Part shown: positions 61,462-64,000 of the stretch, in pieces | Layout: each line of letters opens with the position of its first letter | Numbering within the stretch: position 1 is the stretch's first letter | Assembly: GCA_043228905.1 (NCBI GenBank) | Contig: JBHGNT010000021.1 | Span: 4,898,001-4,962,000 of the forward strand | Direction: 5' to 3' | Origin: Azolla caroliniana | Taxonomy: Eukaryota; Plantae; Polypodiophyta | DNA length: 64,000 bases | Program-made: the position numbers and the translations under genes | The notes under the pieces: model-generated | The model's input: the letters and a program-made list of their open reading frames with translations, nothing else | Databases searched by the model: none | Told to the model about the DNA's origin: nothing

Positions 61462-61757
61462 TACACTTATGAACAATACAAGATGGGGGATGAGTAAACT
61501 AGAGTGTATATTATAAAACATCATCAAATACAAAAATACCTACAATGAGGTATATATAGATTTCATGTGCAAGGGTGCACATGTGTGAGGATAATATAGG
61601 TACAAAAGTGTAAGTCCTATATTAAAATATCCCACTTAAGTACAAGGTCATATTTAAGGCGTTATAGTCAACACTTCTAACTAGATTCTATCTAGGTAAC
61701 TACGAAGCTACATGGTTGACTAAATAGCTAAACTAAGTTAACCTTGATCTCTCAACA
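61283..61757 (-). mobile_element. Solo LTR of copia family C
   Basis: Similar to 27834-28275 and 24533-24960; TSD AAACA/TAACA (1 mismatch); interrupts the host GYKC.NP codons. Confidence 0.9.
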
Positions 61758-63218
61758 TAACACTTATACCCCTTCTGCTCATGCGAGTAACCGACTAGGA
61801 TGCACTTCTCCGACTTCGGATCTAGCTTCCTCCGCTTCTCATCCGGTACATGCACATATGCTATGATACCGAATATCCGAAGGTGCCTCAAATTCAGCTT
61901 GCGCCCGAAATACAACTCGTGTGCAAACACCTTGTCTTCGATCCAGTATTGGATGTAGACGGCCATCCAGACCGCCTTAGCCCAGTAGAATTTGGGCATG
62001 CTCTTCTCCTCCAGCATTGCCCTAGCCGTGTCGACAATCATCTTAGTGGTGTAGTCCGTAACCGACATGTCTCTTTACCGGATGTTATTCAGCTCTTGCC
62101 GAAGCTGCAACTTTCGGGATGTGCTACTCGCGACGAAAATCTTCGGTAGATTTTCCCAAGCCTCCTTCGAAGTCTTTGCATCCTTGATGTAGCCGAGCAT
62201 CTGATCGTGCTCACAGGAAGCGAGGCAGTACAATACTCGACTCGCTCCTTGCTCCCATGTCAGGAAGTCCTTCTATGTTGGCTCCGGCGCTACCTCGTTG
62301 GTTCCTTCCACGTAGCTCCAATATCCATGGCCCAACAGGTATTGGTGCATTTTATATGACCAGGACGCATAGTTGCTCCGGTCGAGCTTCTCTGTGGGAA
62401 GTGAACTCGCCATACCTCTGTCCATATCTTTCTCTGTCTGTCCTTCACCGGATGTTAGGGTTTGTCTTCACTAGTCACTTGTCGGTTGAAGAGGTTCTCA
62501 ACCCTCGCACTCTGATACCATGTGAAAGTTAGCGTGCAGAACCGTATTACAAACCGGCTCTACCGAATGGCGACAATAGAGAGAAAGGTTCAATGGAATC
62601 TTAACATAGAGAATATGCGCGGGAGAGAGAGAGAGAGAGAGCAGAACGTAAACTCTATTCAGAAAGTAATAACACTCTGTATGTCACTCTACGTACATAG
62701 AATGTGCTCAGAGAGCACTTTTATACAAGTCCATAAAGGACTGACAAAAGTACTGACAAGTACTTCAATGATTATACGAGCGATTGTCACTGACTCCCAA
62801 AAATATGCCTACGTACTAGGTTGGATCCATAGGCCTCTAACGGCCTACTGGTTCCAATCATTCCACTCTCACATATAGAAGTAAGGGATGTTGAATTTGC
62901 AGACGACACTGCCCTATACTTAAAAGGTTATTTGGAAAATTTGCAAAAGATAGAATTGGTCATATACACATTCTATAAGGCTTTAGGTGCATTGGTTAAT
63001 TGGAACAAATCCTTTGCATTTTGGGTGGGAGATGTAAATCCACCGTTATGGAATCCACATCCGCAATTTCGATGGATACCATCAGGTTGCCCAGTTTGGT
63101 ACCTAGGATGTACTATAGATATTGATCTTTCGATGGAAAACCAAGTGACTCCCCTCCTATTGTCGTTGAGGCAAAAATGGTTGTTATGGAGTTCAGCCAA
63201 GTTGTCTTTCGTTGTCGT

Positions 63219-64000
63219 TGTCACGGACACACCAAGCGCGGACTAAGACGAAGCATGGATGATGAGGCTATGACGGAGCGATGATGCGAGGAACTTAAGA
63301 CAGGGAATGACACAAGAGCATAAAGATAGAGATGAAGATCAAGGAGAGAGGATGGGCGAAATGGGAATACAAGATTGATATGTCCATGACTAGCGTTGTT
63401 CACCTTGAATTCCTTCAAGGTGAAGTCAACTATTTATACTAAGCGGCATGCATACTTGTTGCACGCATGTGATACAATAGAGCATGTAGGCAGGAGGTAC
63501 GCATGCATGTGCCAAGTGTAAACAATACAAGGGAGAAATTATGCACATGATGCTAGCTTAAACCTACAATGAGGAAGTATATACATGATTATATGTTAGA
63601 TGTGTTGTTAACACATAACACTCCATTATAACATGGTCATGTCAAGAGTTTGAATCTTGACATTATCCCCCCTCCAACGATGCCTTCCCAAATCGTTAAT
63701 CGTCTTAAGGGTATATTGTTGATGAAAATCTTAGATCACCTCCAAAGTATTTTATAAATCCTAGACAAGGAGTAACCCTTCCACAAGACGAGGTATATAA
63801 CACCAACGGGCATGAGTGACCATGTGTGGTCCTTGCCTAGAACTGGAACACAAATATCAACGGGTGTGAGCGACCATGTGCGGTCCTGACGGGGAACTAG
63901 AACGGTCCCCGTTGAGAGTTGGAACACGAACACCAACGAGAGTGAACAACCAAGGACAACGAGAAATGGAACACGAACGAGTGAGCGACCATGTGGCCCT
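63219..64000 (-). mobile_element. 3' end of an LTR element running off the window (3' LTR 63219-63662, PPT 63663-63675, repeat-containing 3' UTR)
   Basis: TGTCA...TGACA termini; minus-strand PPT GGAGGGGGGATAA; the LINE sequence stops abruptly at 63218. Confidence 0.8.

Larger units (their letters stand above)
37037..62858 (-). mobile_element. Copia D, degenerate and internally deleted; host to four direct insertions
   Basis: 3' LTR at 37037-37329 plus 43175-43338; PPT at 43339-43349; internal pieces 43350-44161, 59245-60357, 61015-61282 and 61763-62520; iMet PBS at 62509-62520; 5' LTR 62521-62858 (outer end deleted); TSD CATTC at 37032-37036 and 62859-62863. Confidence 0.9.
32796..63218 (+). 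mobile_element. L1-type LINE (own sequence 32796-37036 plus 62864-63218); host of the right-hand nest
   Basis: Starts after a (GA)n tract and carries ORF1 and ORF2 motifs. The RT reading GIRG.CI resumes as PLSHIEVRDVEFADDT after TSD CATTC. Confidence 0.92.

Overview
This is eukaryotic, land-plant-type heterochromatic DNA made almost entirely of nested retrotransposons; I could not support any host gene. The element types suggest a seed-free plant such as a bryophyte, lycophyte or fern, but that is inference. Left nest: a gag-only LTR element (2863-21566) contains a Copia solo LTR (4579-20565, TSD ATGGA). That LTR contains a non-chromovirus Ty3/gypsy element with a 3' extra ORF (4611-19916, TSD CAACG), which in turn contains a near-intact Ty1/copia (12676-18106, TSD CTATA). 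Middle (21.6-32.7 kb): a deleted gypsy, an RT-less copia, a LINE remnant and an inverted copia fragment pair. Right nest: an L1-type LINE (32796-63218) contains copia D (37037-62858, TSD CATTC). Inside D are solo LTRs and a tRNA-Trp-primed gag-type element with 4-bp ACG(T/G) TSDs, and inside those are Tnt1/Tork-like copias A, E and F, up to five layers deep. A tRNA-derived SINE with a 15-bp TSD sits at 2438-2648. The most notable signals are: (1) a tRNA-Trp-primed, apparently pol-less LTR lineage with a repeat-rich ORF and 4-bp CpG-centred target sites; (2) a hairpin in place of the PPT in two gypsy copies; (3) a hairpin looping out the PPT in three copia families; (4) a 110-bp target duplication at an aberrant copia end; (5) a SINE with two opposed tRNA-like modules. 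All coordinates and mismatch counts were read by eye.
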